Below are positions 7,404-15,092 of a stretch of 64,000 bases of DNA, in pieces. The notes beneath the pieces are model-generated. The model searched no databases and was not told where the DNA came from. It saw only the letters and a list, made by a program, of their open reading frames with translations. Source of the DNA: a virus. The stretch lies in the IMG/VR virus record IMGVR_UViG_3300008111_000001. The stretch is one strand, 5' to 3'. Every line of letters begins with the position of its first letter. Within the stretch, counting starts at the first letter, position 1. The position numbers were made by a program, and so were the translations under genes.

Positions 7404-7670
7404 TCAGACCTCTTCCGAGCGGAAAAAGGCCTTGACTTCGGCCCAGTCGACCGTACGGGTTTTCGCCACGAAGGCAACTCCCGCTCCAATCGAAATGACC
7501 ACCAACATCGGCCAGTTGATGATGCTGATGCCGAAGCCCAGGATCATCCTGACCAGGACGAACGGCAGGGAGATGATCCCCACCGTTATGTCCGAAGTGG
7601 GCTCCAGAACGAGGAGCACACAAATGATGGAAGTCACCACGAGGGTGATCTTGTTGTTGATTCCGAACAT
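7404..7670 (-). CDS. small membrane protein (88 aa)
   Basis: Start at ATG 7670 (GGAGG RBS); 2-3 hydrophobic segments. Confidence 0.75.
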   Translation of the reverse strand: MFGINNKITLVVTSIICVLLVLEPTSDITVGIISLPFVLVRMILGFGISIINWPMLVVISIGAGVAFVAKTRTVDWAEVKAFFRSEEV

Positions 7671-7824
7671 GATTCCTCCAAGAAACATGTTTTTGTCCGG
7701 CTTAACGTACCGAACATGATTATTACGTTTCTCTTTTGTCAAGGTAAGATAACCTGTCAGGCATTTAGCTCCTGCTGCGTCACCCATGATTTATAGAGCG
7801 CTCAGGTTCTGCGCTAAGGATAAT

Positions 7825-7860
7825 GGTCTATCCTCAAAGAAAAAGGTTCCCGAAGGAACC
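7825..7860 (-). promoter_or_regulatory. early cassette copy G
   Basis: Core at 7828-7835; perfect GGTTCC-TTCG-GGAACC hairpin on the minus strand. Confidence 0.8.
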
Positions 7861-7931
7861 AATTCCTTTTAGTGATTATCCTGTTCCCAAGCGTCACTAC
7901 TGCTCGGCCACCCTATGGTGACAGTATGGAA

Positions 7932-8024
7932 TCAGTCCTTCTTCTTGAACAGGTCCACGAAGAACGTGACCTCTGCAATCAGAAGCATGCTGATGCCGAC
8001 GATGTACATCGGAATCTGCAACAT
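7932..8024 (-). CDS. 30-aa single-TM microprotein (MLQIPMYIVGISMLLIAEVTFFVDLFKKKD)
   Basis: Read by hand; perfect AGAAAGGAGGTG RBS; own cassette (copy H). Confidence 0.7.
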   Translation of the reverse strand: MLQIPMYIVGISMLLIAEVTFFVDLFKKKD

Positions 8025-8063
8025 TGCACACCTCCTTTCTTTGGTGTAGTGGGCATGGCTGGA

Positions 8064-8114
8064 TGCCTATCCCTAAAAAGAAGTTCCCCCAGGATCCGAA
8101 GACCCCAGGGGAAC
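8064..8114 (-). promoter_or_regulatory. early cassette copy H (core AGGGATAGGC)
   Basis: CTATCCCT at 8067-8074; hairpin nearly identical to copy D, C(UUCG)G loop. Confidence 0.75.
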
Positions 8115-8148
8115 AACTCTTTGTGCACCTGCCCTACCAGGTGCTTTG

Positions 8149-8442
8149 TCAGGCAGCGTGGGCTGTGTTGTACCAGTACCACATTTGGTTCTGGTAGTCC
8201 CACTTCCTTTCGCTACGGATGGTGATCATGCGACCACCGAATTCCCGAGTGAACCACTCGGTGTTGCTGTGGATGTGCCCGAAGACCAGGCAGTCCGATT
8301 CGCCTCCCGAAGGAGATGCCACCCAGACTTCAGTGCCTGTGTGGGCGATGAAGCGTGCGGTCACCTCCTTCGTGTAGGGGAGGACATTGCCGTCGTAGTC
8401 AACGGCATAGGTGCCGATGACATCATTGATGGATGTGATCAT
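8149..8442 (-). CDS. hypothetical protein (97 aa)
   Basis: Start at ATG 8442 after GAAAGGA; within track ORF 8149-8469. Confidence 0.7.
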   Translation of the reverse strand: MITSINDVIGTYAVDYDGNVLPYTKEVTARFIAHTGTEVWVASPSGGESDCLVFGHIHSNTEWFTREFGGRMITIRSERKWDYQNQMWYWYNTAHAA

Positions 8443-8854
8443 GTTGATGATCCTTTCATTGCTACACATTTCTTTTACGATGGTAACGTGTTCATCGGAG
8501 CTGTCCTTTTATGCTGCATACCTGCACCACTGTAGGGAGTGGACGACCGCTCATTGTCGTTCATGGCAAGCACATACCCCATGGGGGGGTGGCCTCGTTA
8601 AAACTTAGAGAGACACATATGTACCCATTATCTCCCCCTTATAAATTTTTCTCTATTTTTACCCTATATTAAACTTATATAATCCTATATAAATCAGTGT
8701 TGTTTCTGATCGAAAGTCGCCCGCAAGAAATTTTTTGGAAAATATTCGCATATGTGTTGCAAGCAATGCTGTAGGTAGCTATAGTTCTACATGTCCGGTT
8801 ATTGAGGCCGGCGAACATCACTCACTCAATGCTTAACATAGAAAAGGAATAATA

Positions 8855-8974
8855 ATGAATTCATATATGGATTGCCCACACTGTGGTACAGAGTTTATTA
8901 TGAAAATGAGATCTACGAGGAGCTGGGCTGGGAGTCCGGTTACGATTACTGAGTTTTTTCTCTACAGTTTCTAG
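8855..8974 (+). CDS. small CPHCG zinc-ribbon-like ORF, possibly frameshifted
   Basis: AAGGA RBS, MNSYMDCPHCGTEF...; only one CxxC pair. Confidence 0.4.
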   Translation: MNSYMDCPHCGTEFIMKMRSTRSWAGSPVTITEFFLYSF

Positions 8975-8984
8975 ATAAAACAAA

Positions 8985-9022
8985 AAGGGGTAGGAGTAAC
9001 GTCACTGTTTCTCCTACCCCTT
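8985..9022. terminator. bidirectional intrinsic terminator
   Basis: AAGGGGTAGGAG / CTCCTACCCCTT 12-bp stem between convergent genes, flanked by A and T runs. Confidence 0.8.
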
Positions 9023-9052
9023 AAAAATTTTTTGCCGCCGAATGACTATAAT

Positions 9053-10513
9053 TTAGCCTACTTGTTGTTCTCCTCGGCGTTTGTTGATTCCGTATAGTAA
9101 CGCTGCTCCTCCGGCAGCTAGACCGGCTGAAATACTGTGTGAGGACATAAGTTTTTCTAGTGTTCTAGCAGAGATAGCTTTTTTGCTGGTAACTTTAGTG
9201 ACAGCTTCAGCTGAGTCGTCTAACATGTTACCGGCTGCAGATAAAGCTGAAGATATTTGTCCGGCAACTTGAGCGGAGTCATCTATAGCTGTAATAGCTG
9301 CTCCTGTGGATCTAATAGCCATTCTTCGTTGAGCAGCTTTATCTAAGGACGCTTCTATAGCAGAGTATCCTGGATGGTATCTCATGTCGCCCATAGCGAT
9401 ACCACCACGTAATTTTTCGCCGGCTCTTGTGACAGCACCAGCAATCCTGCTATCTCCAACTTCTAATCTTTCATATTGTTTCAAATATTTTTGAGACATA
9501 TCTAAAACTTGTTTATCGGAAATGTTGTTGATGGGAACTCTTTTGCCACGAACATTTCTACTTCTACTACCTTGAAAAGCTTGTAGACGTTCTTCTGGAG
9601 TCATTCCAGCTAAACGTTGAGACTCATTGTATATAGCTGTGTCCACATAATATTTTTGCGTGATGTCTCTGTTTATTTCTTCACCAATATTAAACAAAGC
9701 TTCTTGGCTTAAAGTTGACATCTCTTTTCCTACTAAACGTCTTAACTTTGTTTTACCTATGTTAGGATTCTGTTCAGCGATCCTTAGACTCAACAAAGAT
9801 CTTCTATGATATCTTCCTTCTTCCACAAAAAAATCCCTATTATCTACAGCATCAATGTACCCCTGTTTAGACTTTGGACCAGGATCAGGCTTACCTAAAG
9901 TACCTTTAGCAGATTTGACCATCTTACTATACTGAGACCTACCTCTACTAGTCCCAACAGATTTAGAAATGATATCCATCATTTCCTGTTCAGCATCAGG
10001 ATTATTAGCAAGCTTAATAATAGCTGCACTACGATCAATAGAAGGAGCAGTCCTTTTACCAGTTTTTAAAGTAGTATCCTTTTTTGTACTTTTACTTTTC
10101 GGATTTTTTAAAGCATCATCGATAGTTTTAGTCGACGGATTCACCTGTTGAGGAATAACAACATTTTGTTGAACACCAGCAGCAGCAGCACTACTAGAAG
10201 GCTGCGTTTGAGTAATCGTACCCTGCAATACAGGAGCATTAGAAGGCTGAGAAGCCACAGTCTGAGAAACAGCAGCAGCAGGAGCCTGAGAAGGAGCAGA
10301 AGCACTCCTTAAAGAAGTCAGCTCAGTTTTAGCCTGTTTAATGTTAATCTCACCAATACCACCCTGATGAAAAACAAGCTTACCCTTCTTATTGATACCA
10401 CCAATAACCTGACCAGGCGCAACATTAGCTATAGCATTCGTATAATCTTTCCAATTATCAAAATACTGTAAACCAAGCTTATTTAGTTCATCCAACTTAG
10501 GATTACTGGCCAT
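9053..10513 (-). CDS. hypothetical protein (486 aa) with C-terminal membrane anchor
   Basis: ORF track; Ala/Gln/Ser linker; C-terminal ISAGLAAGGAALLYGINKRRGE. Confidence 0.8.
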   Translation of the reverse strand: MASNPKLDELNKLGLQYFDNWKDYTNAIANVAPGQVIGGINKKGKLVFHQGGIGEINIKQAKTELTSLRSASAPSQAPAAAVSQTVASQPSNAPVLQGTITQTQPSSSAAAAGVQQNVVIPQQVNPSTKTIDDALKNPKSKSTKKDTTLKTGKRTAPSIDRSAAIIKLANNPDAEQEMMDIISKSVGTSRGRSQYSKMVKSAKGTLGKPDPGPKSKQGYIDAVDNRDFFVEEGRYHRRSLLSLRIAEQNPNIGKTKLRRLVGKEMSTLSQEALFNIGEEINRDITQKYYVDTAIYNESQRLAGMTPEERLQAFQGSRSRNVRGKRVPINNISDKQVLDMSQKYLKQYERLEVGDSRIAGAVTRAGEKLRGGIAMGDMRYHPGYSAIEASLDKAAQRRMAIRSTGAAITAIDDSAQVAGQISSALSAAGNMLDDSAEAVTKVTSKKAISARTLEKLMSSHSISAGLAAGGAALLYGINKRRGEQQVG

Positions 10514-10515
10514 AG

Positions 10516-10806
10516 CTAACTCATATCTCTAGGATCAACAACAATATTCATAACAGCATTATCGTCAGCAAGCTCACGCACAACATCACAAGCGTTACGG
10601 TTTGTTAACTCGCAAATATCAACAACCATAGCCCATTCATCATGAGAAAAAATACAGAAAACCAAATAGCCATCAGGTTCACCCTGAACAGTCACAACAT
10701 ACTCAGACTGATTCTCCTCCAAAAAATGGGCGAACGAATAAAACTCAGAAGGATCAGCAGTAACCTTATCCTTAAAAAAATCTAGAACCCTACGAACAAA
10801 ATCCAT
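10516..10806 (-). CDS. hypothetical acidic protein (96 aa)
   Basis: ORF track; AAGGGTGG RBS; TACTAT 29 nt upstream. Confidence 0.75.
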   Translation of the reverse strand: MDFVRRVLDFFKDKVTADPSEFYSFAHFLEENQSEYVVTVQGEPDGYLVFCIFSHDEWAMVVDICELTNRNACDVVRELADDNAVMNIVVDPRDMS

Positions 10807-10915
10807 AACACCACCCTTAGTTATGGAATATAGTACCCAAATTTAGTCCACAACATCACGAACAGAAGCAAACAACAACAAAACTCTCATATATGTTGCA
10901 ATCTGCAAGGCAGCC

Positions 10916-11068
10916 TCACTCATCATCTGAGTCATCAGCTTCCTCCCAACAATCACCGCAATCTCTACATTTTATAAAAAAAATTTTCTGACCGTTGTCA
11001 TTTCCTGAGGAAATAATAAAGTTAGGCGGGTAAGAGCATTCTGAACAAGTTGTCGGTTCAAATTTCAT
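10916..11068 (-). CDS. 50-aa C4 zinc-ribbon protein (MKFEPTTCSECSYPP...KCRDCGDCWEEADDSDDE)
   Basis: Read by hand; ATG 2 nt after the recA stop; CxxC...CxxCGxxW pattern. Confidence 0.65.
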   Translation of the reverse strand: MKFEPTTCSECSYPPNFIISSGNDNGQKIFFIKCRDCGDCWEEADDSDDE

Positions 11069-11070
11069 TT

Positions 11071-12084
11071 CTAGCCTTTGATTACGCTCACTATCTCTGG
11101 AGAGTTCTTTAATCTCTCAATAGCATTATCTCTGCCCTGGGCAAAGTTTTCTCCATTATAGTAAACCCATGCGCCCTTTTGGCTAAGAATTCCCTTATCA
11201 ATTCCTAAATCAAAAATACAACCAAACTGATCGATGCCCTGAGCGTAAACAATGTCAAACTCCACTATTTTCATTGGGGGAGCCATCTTGTTCTTGATAA
11301 TCTTAGCTTTTACTTTGATTCCCGAAGGATCGCCGTGTTTGTCTTTTAGATCTTCCTTTTTGCGGACATCAATGCGAACGGATGCTGCATACTTTAGTGC
11401 GAAGCCACCAGGAGTTGTTTCTGGATTGCCAAACATAACACCAATCTTATTTCTTAACTGATTGATGAAAATAATCAAAGTGTCATGCTGGGCAGCTAAA
11501 CCTGTTAGCTTGCGCATAGCTTTAGCCATCATTCGGGCCTGTAGCCCCATTTGCTGCTGTTCCATTTCGCCATCAAGCTCAGCCTTAGGAACTAGTGCAG
11601 CAACAGAGTCGATAACAATCAAACCTATGTCGCCAGTTCTCAACAATCTGTCAGCGATGTCGAAGCCTTGCTCGCCGTAGTCAGGCTGTGCAAGCAAAAG
11701 GTTGTCTAAATCGATTCCAACGGCTTGCATGTACACTGGGTCAAGCGCATGCTCAGCGTCGATGTAGGCGCACGTGAGGCCCATTTCCTGGGCTTTGGCG
11801 ACAGCTGTCAAAGCAAGTGTAGACTTGCCGGATGACTCGGGGCCAAATATTTCTACAACTCTACCACGTGGTAGACCACCGATGCCCAAAGCATGATCTA
11901 GTGTTAGCGCACCAGTTGGTATCGATGACCACGGCTTTACATTTGTGGAGCCGAGCTTAATAACTGCTCCAGAACCATACTGTTTTTGCAATTGTGCAAT
12001 TGCGAGCTCTAACGCTTTTGAGTCCTCTTTTAAGGCTTTCTTGCCTGACGCCACATTTTCAGCTGTTGCTGTTTCCTCTGTCAT
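11071..12084 (-). CDS. recA: recombinase RecA
   Basis: GPESSGKST Walker A, YIDAEHALDP, IVIDSVAALVPKAE, FINQLRNKIGVMFGNPETTPGG, QKGAWVYY. Confidence 0.97.
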   Translation of the reverse strand: MTEETATAENVASGKKALKEDSKALELAIAQLQKQYGSGAVIKLGSTNVKPWSSIPTGALTLDHALGIGGLPRGRVVEIFGPESSGKSTLALTAVAKAQEMGLTCAYIDAEHALDPVYMQAVGIDLDNLLLAQPDYGEQGFDIADRLLRTGDIGLIVIDSVAALVPKAELDGEMEQQQMGLQARMMAKAMRKLTGLAAQHDTLIIFINQLRNKIGVMFGNPETTPGGFALKYAASVRIDVRKKEDLKDKHGDPSGIKVKAKIIKNKMAPPMKIVEFDIVYAQGIDQFGCIFDLGIDKGILSQKGAWVYYNGENFAQGRDNAIERLKNSPEIVSVIKG

Positions 12085-12119
12085 TAAATCCTACCGATCT
12101 TCAGCTTGATGATACATAG

Positions 12120-12128
12120 ATTATACCA
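12120..12128 (-). promoter_or_regulatory. extended -10 promoter TGGTATAAT for recA
   Basis: Perfect TGnTATAAT starting 44 nt upstream of the recA ATG. Confidence 0.65.
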
Positions 12129-12167
12129 CGAAAGCCAAGACGTTCCCAACTAAATGACCAGGACTAA

Positions 12168-12176
12168 TGATATAAT
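12168..12176 (+). promoter_or_regulatory. extended -10 promoter TGATATAAT
   Basis: Divergent from the recA promoter; 44 nt upstream of ATG 12212. Confidence 0.6.
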
Positions 12177-12211
12177 ATACGATACGTTTTACATTATGAA
12201 TTAGGAGTTTT

Positions 12212-12373
12212 ATGCAAAAGAAAATTAGAGTTGACGAACAGCTGCATCTAGCATTATACCTTTTAAAAAATCGTTTCAATACACCAGTAGACCTTGTTAG
12301 ATACTGGGCTTTTTCCGGGCCATGCTTAGAGAATCATCCGTCGATAGAAGATTGTTCTCCGAGAAAAGATTGA
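12212..12373 (+). CDS. small hypothetical protein (53 aa, MQKKIRVDEQLHLALYLLKN...)
   Basis: Read by hand; AGGAG RBS and extended -10 upstream. Confidence 0.6.
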   Translation: MQKKIRVDEQLHLALYLLKNRFNTPVDLVRYWAFSGPCLENHPSIEDCSPRKD

Positions 12374-12430
12374 TTGCGTTTTCGTTATGTGTTGACTTGC
12401 GTTGACACAGTGTGATAAGCTAGCCATGAT

Positions 12431-12501
12431 CCCCCCTTCCCCCCTTCCCCCCTTACTATATACATATATAGTTACTATATACCTGTATACTTATATAGTA
12501 A
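12431..12501. repeat. (CCCCCCTT)x3 followed by nested AT-rich palindromes
   Basis: C6TT x3 at 12431-12454; ACTATATA-CA-TATATAGT at 12455-12472; TTACTATATA-N10-TATATAGTAA at 12472-12501. Confidence 0.85.
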
Positions 12502-12553
12502 CGTATAATAATATACTCTATATAAGAGAACGTGCCCACGAAAGAGGTAGCCG

Positions 12554-13975
12554 ATGAACATATATCAAATCTTCATACCTGAACTAGGCACTAATGTTAA
12601 GTTTAAAGTTTTACCAGTAAAAGACGCAGAAGACTTTGTTAAGAAAAACAAAAGCGTAAAAGATTTAAGAAAAAGAATATTACAATTTATTGTTTATAAT
12701 TTAACAACTGACGTCGCTGCCGCCTTAGCGTCGATGTCCAGAGAAGCAGCTGAAAGAGCACTAGAAGCTGTTTACGCAGGCTGCATCATGTTAAACCCAA
12801 GCTTAGACGTAGACTACTGGCTGAATATAGCATATTCAACGAATCCAGCAAAGTTCTCCGATGGACCAGGCAAAGATTATAATATTGACCAAATCAAAAA
12901 ATTTCTACGCCAAGCGGAAGCTAAAACAAAATCTACGACCGCAGCTTCAAAGGTAAAGAAATTAAACAAACAAAAGTTTTTGGGGCTAGAACAATATCTT
13001 AAAAGCAATGTCATAGGACAGGATGAGGCAATCGATGAAGTTGTTTCCGCCCTGTTTAGATCTCAGGCGGAACTAAATGATCCCAATAGACCACTAGGAG
13101 TTTTCTTATTTGCGGGAAGTTCAGGTGTTGGAAAAACACATTTAGCTAACGCTTTACATAAATATCTTTTTGATGATAATTCTTCTATGGTGAGAATAGA
13201 TTGCGGTGAATATCAGCATAAGCATGAGAACCAAAAACTTTTAGGTTCACCACCAGGATACATAGGGCACGATGATGGTGGTCAGCTCACTAATCAGATT
13301 AAGAAAAATCCAAACACAGTTGTGCTAATTGATGAGGTGGAGAAGGCGCACGCAGATATTTGGAATACGTTCTTAAGAATATTTGACGAAGGAATGGTTA
13401 CTGACTCTAAGGGTGAGGTCGTTAACTTTAGAAATTGTATTATTATCTTAACTACCAATTTAGGAAATGATAAAACTGTAGACCATATGATTTCTACTGG
13501 CGCTGGCTTTACTCGTAATGTGGTTTTCAAAAGAGAAACAAAAGAAGTGCCACCAAGATCTGTCGTACAAAAAAACGCTAATGAGGCAATTAATAAATAT
13601 TTTAAGCCAGAGTTAATCAATAGGCTGGACAAAATTGTTGTATTTAATCATTTAAACTATGAAAACTGTCAAAAAATAGCTGAAATGGAAATGAGCTTAA
13701 TAGCAGATAAATTGTCTCGAAAAGGTTTATCGATTGCATACACAGATAATGTTATAAATGCCCTGATAGATAAAGGGATAGATACTGTTAAGGGTGCAAG
13801 AGGTATTTCTCAGGTTCGACGTGATGTTATAGAAACACCACTTGCTAAAACAATTGTTAATAGCAGCATACCAAAAGGTACTATATTTTATATTGACTAT
13901 CTTAATGATAGTTTTACTTTTGATTTTCAAAAGCCAATAAAAAAACAGGCTATTAACAAAAAGGAAGAATCATAA
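12554..13975 (+). CDS. ClpB/ClpC-type AAA+ ATPase, single (D2-like) nucleotide-binding domain
   Basis: VIGQDEAI, RPLGVFLFAGSSGVGKT, LLGSPPGYIG, LIDEVEKAH, GARGI sensor-2; unrelated ~140-aa N-terminus. Confidence 0.9.
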   Translation: MNIYQIFIPELGTNVKFKVLPVKDAEDFVKKNKSVKDLRKRILQFIVYNLTTDVAAALASMSREAAERALEAVYAGCIMLNPSLDVDYWLNIAYSTNPAKFSDGPGKDYNIDQIKKFLRQAEAKTKSTTAASKVKKLNKQKFLGLEQYLKSNVIGQDEAIDEVVSALFRSQAELNDPNRPLGVFLFAGSSGVGKTHLANALHKYLFDDNSSMVRIDCGEYQHKHENQKLLGSPPGYIGHDDGGQLTNQIKKNPNTVVLIDEVEKAHADIWNTFLRIFDEGMVTDSKGEVVNFRNCIIILTTNLGNDKTVDHMISTGAGFTRNVVFKRETKEVPPRSVVQKNANEAINKYFKPELINRLDKIVVFNHLNYENCQKIAEMEMSLIADKLSRKGLSIAYTDNVINALIDKGIDTVKGARGISQVRRDVIETPLAKTIVNSSIPKGTIFYIDYLNDSFTFDFQKPIKKQAINKKEES

Positions 13976-14484
13976 TGAGTATATTCCAAAATCCAGGACT
14001 TACTGGATCTCCAGCTCTTGGTCGTAGCGCAACAGTCCGCCGGACAAGGGTTCCTGGAAGCCAGATGCAGCTACCTGGTTTTGAAGCTGCTGGAGGGCCA
14101 GCCGTAAGGCCATCGCACTCCGTGCCAAAAAGGCGTGCAATGGGTGGAACTACTGCAGGGACTGCCAGGGTAAGTGGACAAAGGTTTCTTCCAGGTTTTA
14201 ATCCAGCCAATGCACCTGGGTCAGGAAGAGATATGAAAAGAACTCAAATGACCCCAAAAAGAATGGCCGGAATCGATGCAGCAAGAGCAAGACAAGCAGC
14301 AAAGAAATTAGGTGGCGTTGATACAGGAATGATGCACGGTCCATCCATACCTGCTAATAAAATGAAAATGAGCTCTAGATCTTTGATGGGAATAGGATTA
14401 GGTCTAGGTGTTGCAGCTGGCGTAGCAATGAACAGAAGAGGAGAAGGTGCTTCGTCAGGAAGACAGTCAATGTATAAATATTAA
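13975..14484 (+). CDS. basic low-complexity protein with C-terminal membrane anchor
   Basis: Arg/Gly/Pro-rich; GIGLGLGVAAGVAMNRRGE. Confidence 0.75.
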   Translation: MSIFQNPGLTGSPALGRSATVRRTRVPGSQMQLPGFEAAGGPAVRPSHSVPKRRAMGGTTAGTARVSGQRFLPGFNPANAPGSGRDMKRTQMTPKRMAGIDAARARQAAKKLGGVDTGMMHGPSIPANKMKMSSRSLMGIGLGLGVAAGVAMNRRGEGASSGRQSMYKY

Positions 14485-14503
14485 AAAATAATAGTTAGGA
14501 ATT

Positions 14504-14926
14504 ATGATGAATGATTGGAAAAAGTTTACAGATGTTAATGGTGATTTTCAGTTAGCAAATTTTTTGTATAAGACAATAAATGATTTGATGAAGCAGTCCT
14601 TAGATATGGGCACCTTGCTGTCGAATGATCCACAGAAGCTTCGAGCATTTAAAGAGCAAACAAAAAAGCTTTTTAAATCTAAATGGTTTGAAATAGCTGA
14701 CTCTTTAGAGTTTTTCGACATAATTGAAAAATGCTCATGCTTTAATGAGGAAAAAGATTTTTATTGCGAAATATGTAAGGGATCAAGATACAAAATATCC
14801 CCTTATCTAACCTCAGATGAAATTAGAGAAGTAGGCATTTTTTATAATGCAATCCAAAATGCAGAAGTAGCCAGTAAACTACAGAAGGGTTTAATGAAGG
14901 CTCTAGATGAATTGTCCGAGATGTAA
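14504..14926 (+). CDS. hypothetical protein with Cys cluster
   Basis: CSC...CEICKG. Confidence 0.75.
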   Translation: MMNDWKKFTDVNGDFQLANFLYKTINDLMKQSLDMGTLLSNDPQKLRAFKEQTKKLFKSKWFEIADSLEFFDIIEKCSCFNEEKDFYCEICKGSRYKISPYLTSDEIREVGIFYNAIQNAEVASKLQKGLMKALDELSEM

Positions 14927-15092
14927 CGGTATGGTCCAAACTGTAACTGAATATTTTGATTTCGCAAAACAATATTTAGTAAGAGATACCTATTGTTCAC
15001 GTTGCAAAAGTGTTACAATAGAAAGGTTTCATTCTGATAGTTCCTATGATAGCGAGTGGATTGATTTAAATGAGCAACATCGAAAAGAGTGA
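14907..15092 (+). CDS. C4 zinc-ribbon protein (61 aa)
   Basis: CPRC...CSRC. Confidence 0.65.
   Translation: MNCPRCNGMVQTVTEYFDFAKQYLVRDTYCSRCKSVTIERFHSDSSYDSEWIDLNEQHRKE

Noticed and set aside
4579-8114. Repeated motif as a CRISPR array
   Set aside because: Copies are 240-760 nt apart, degenerate and separated by whole genes; no cas genes in the window.
4579-8114. Integron attC cassette array
   Set aside because: No integrase in the window and no attC R/L box pattern (RYYYAAC...GTTRRRY); the hairpins have RNA-type tetraloops.
33-8608. Plus-strand ORFs in the ORF track (e.g. 3145-3723, 4645-5262, 6626-7132)
   Set aside because: Antisense shadows of GC3-rich minus-strand genes; no RBS, and they cross the intergenic cassettes.
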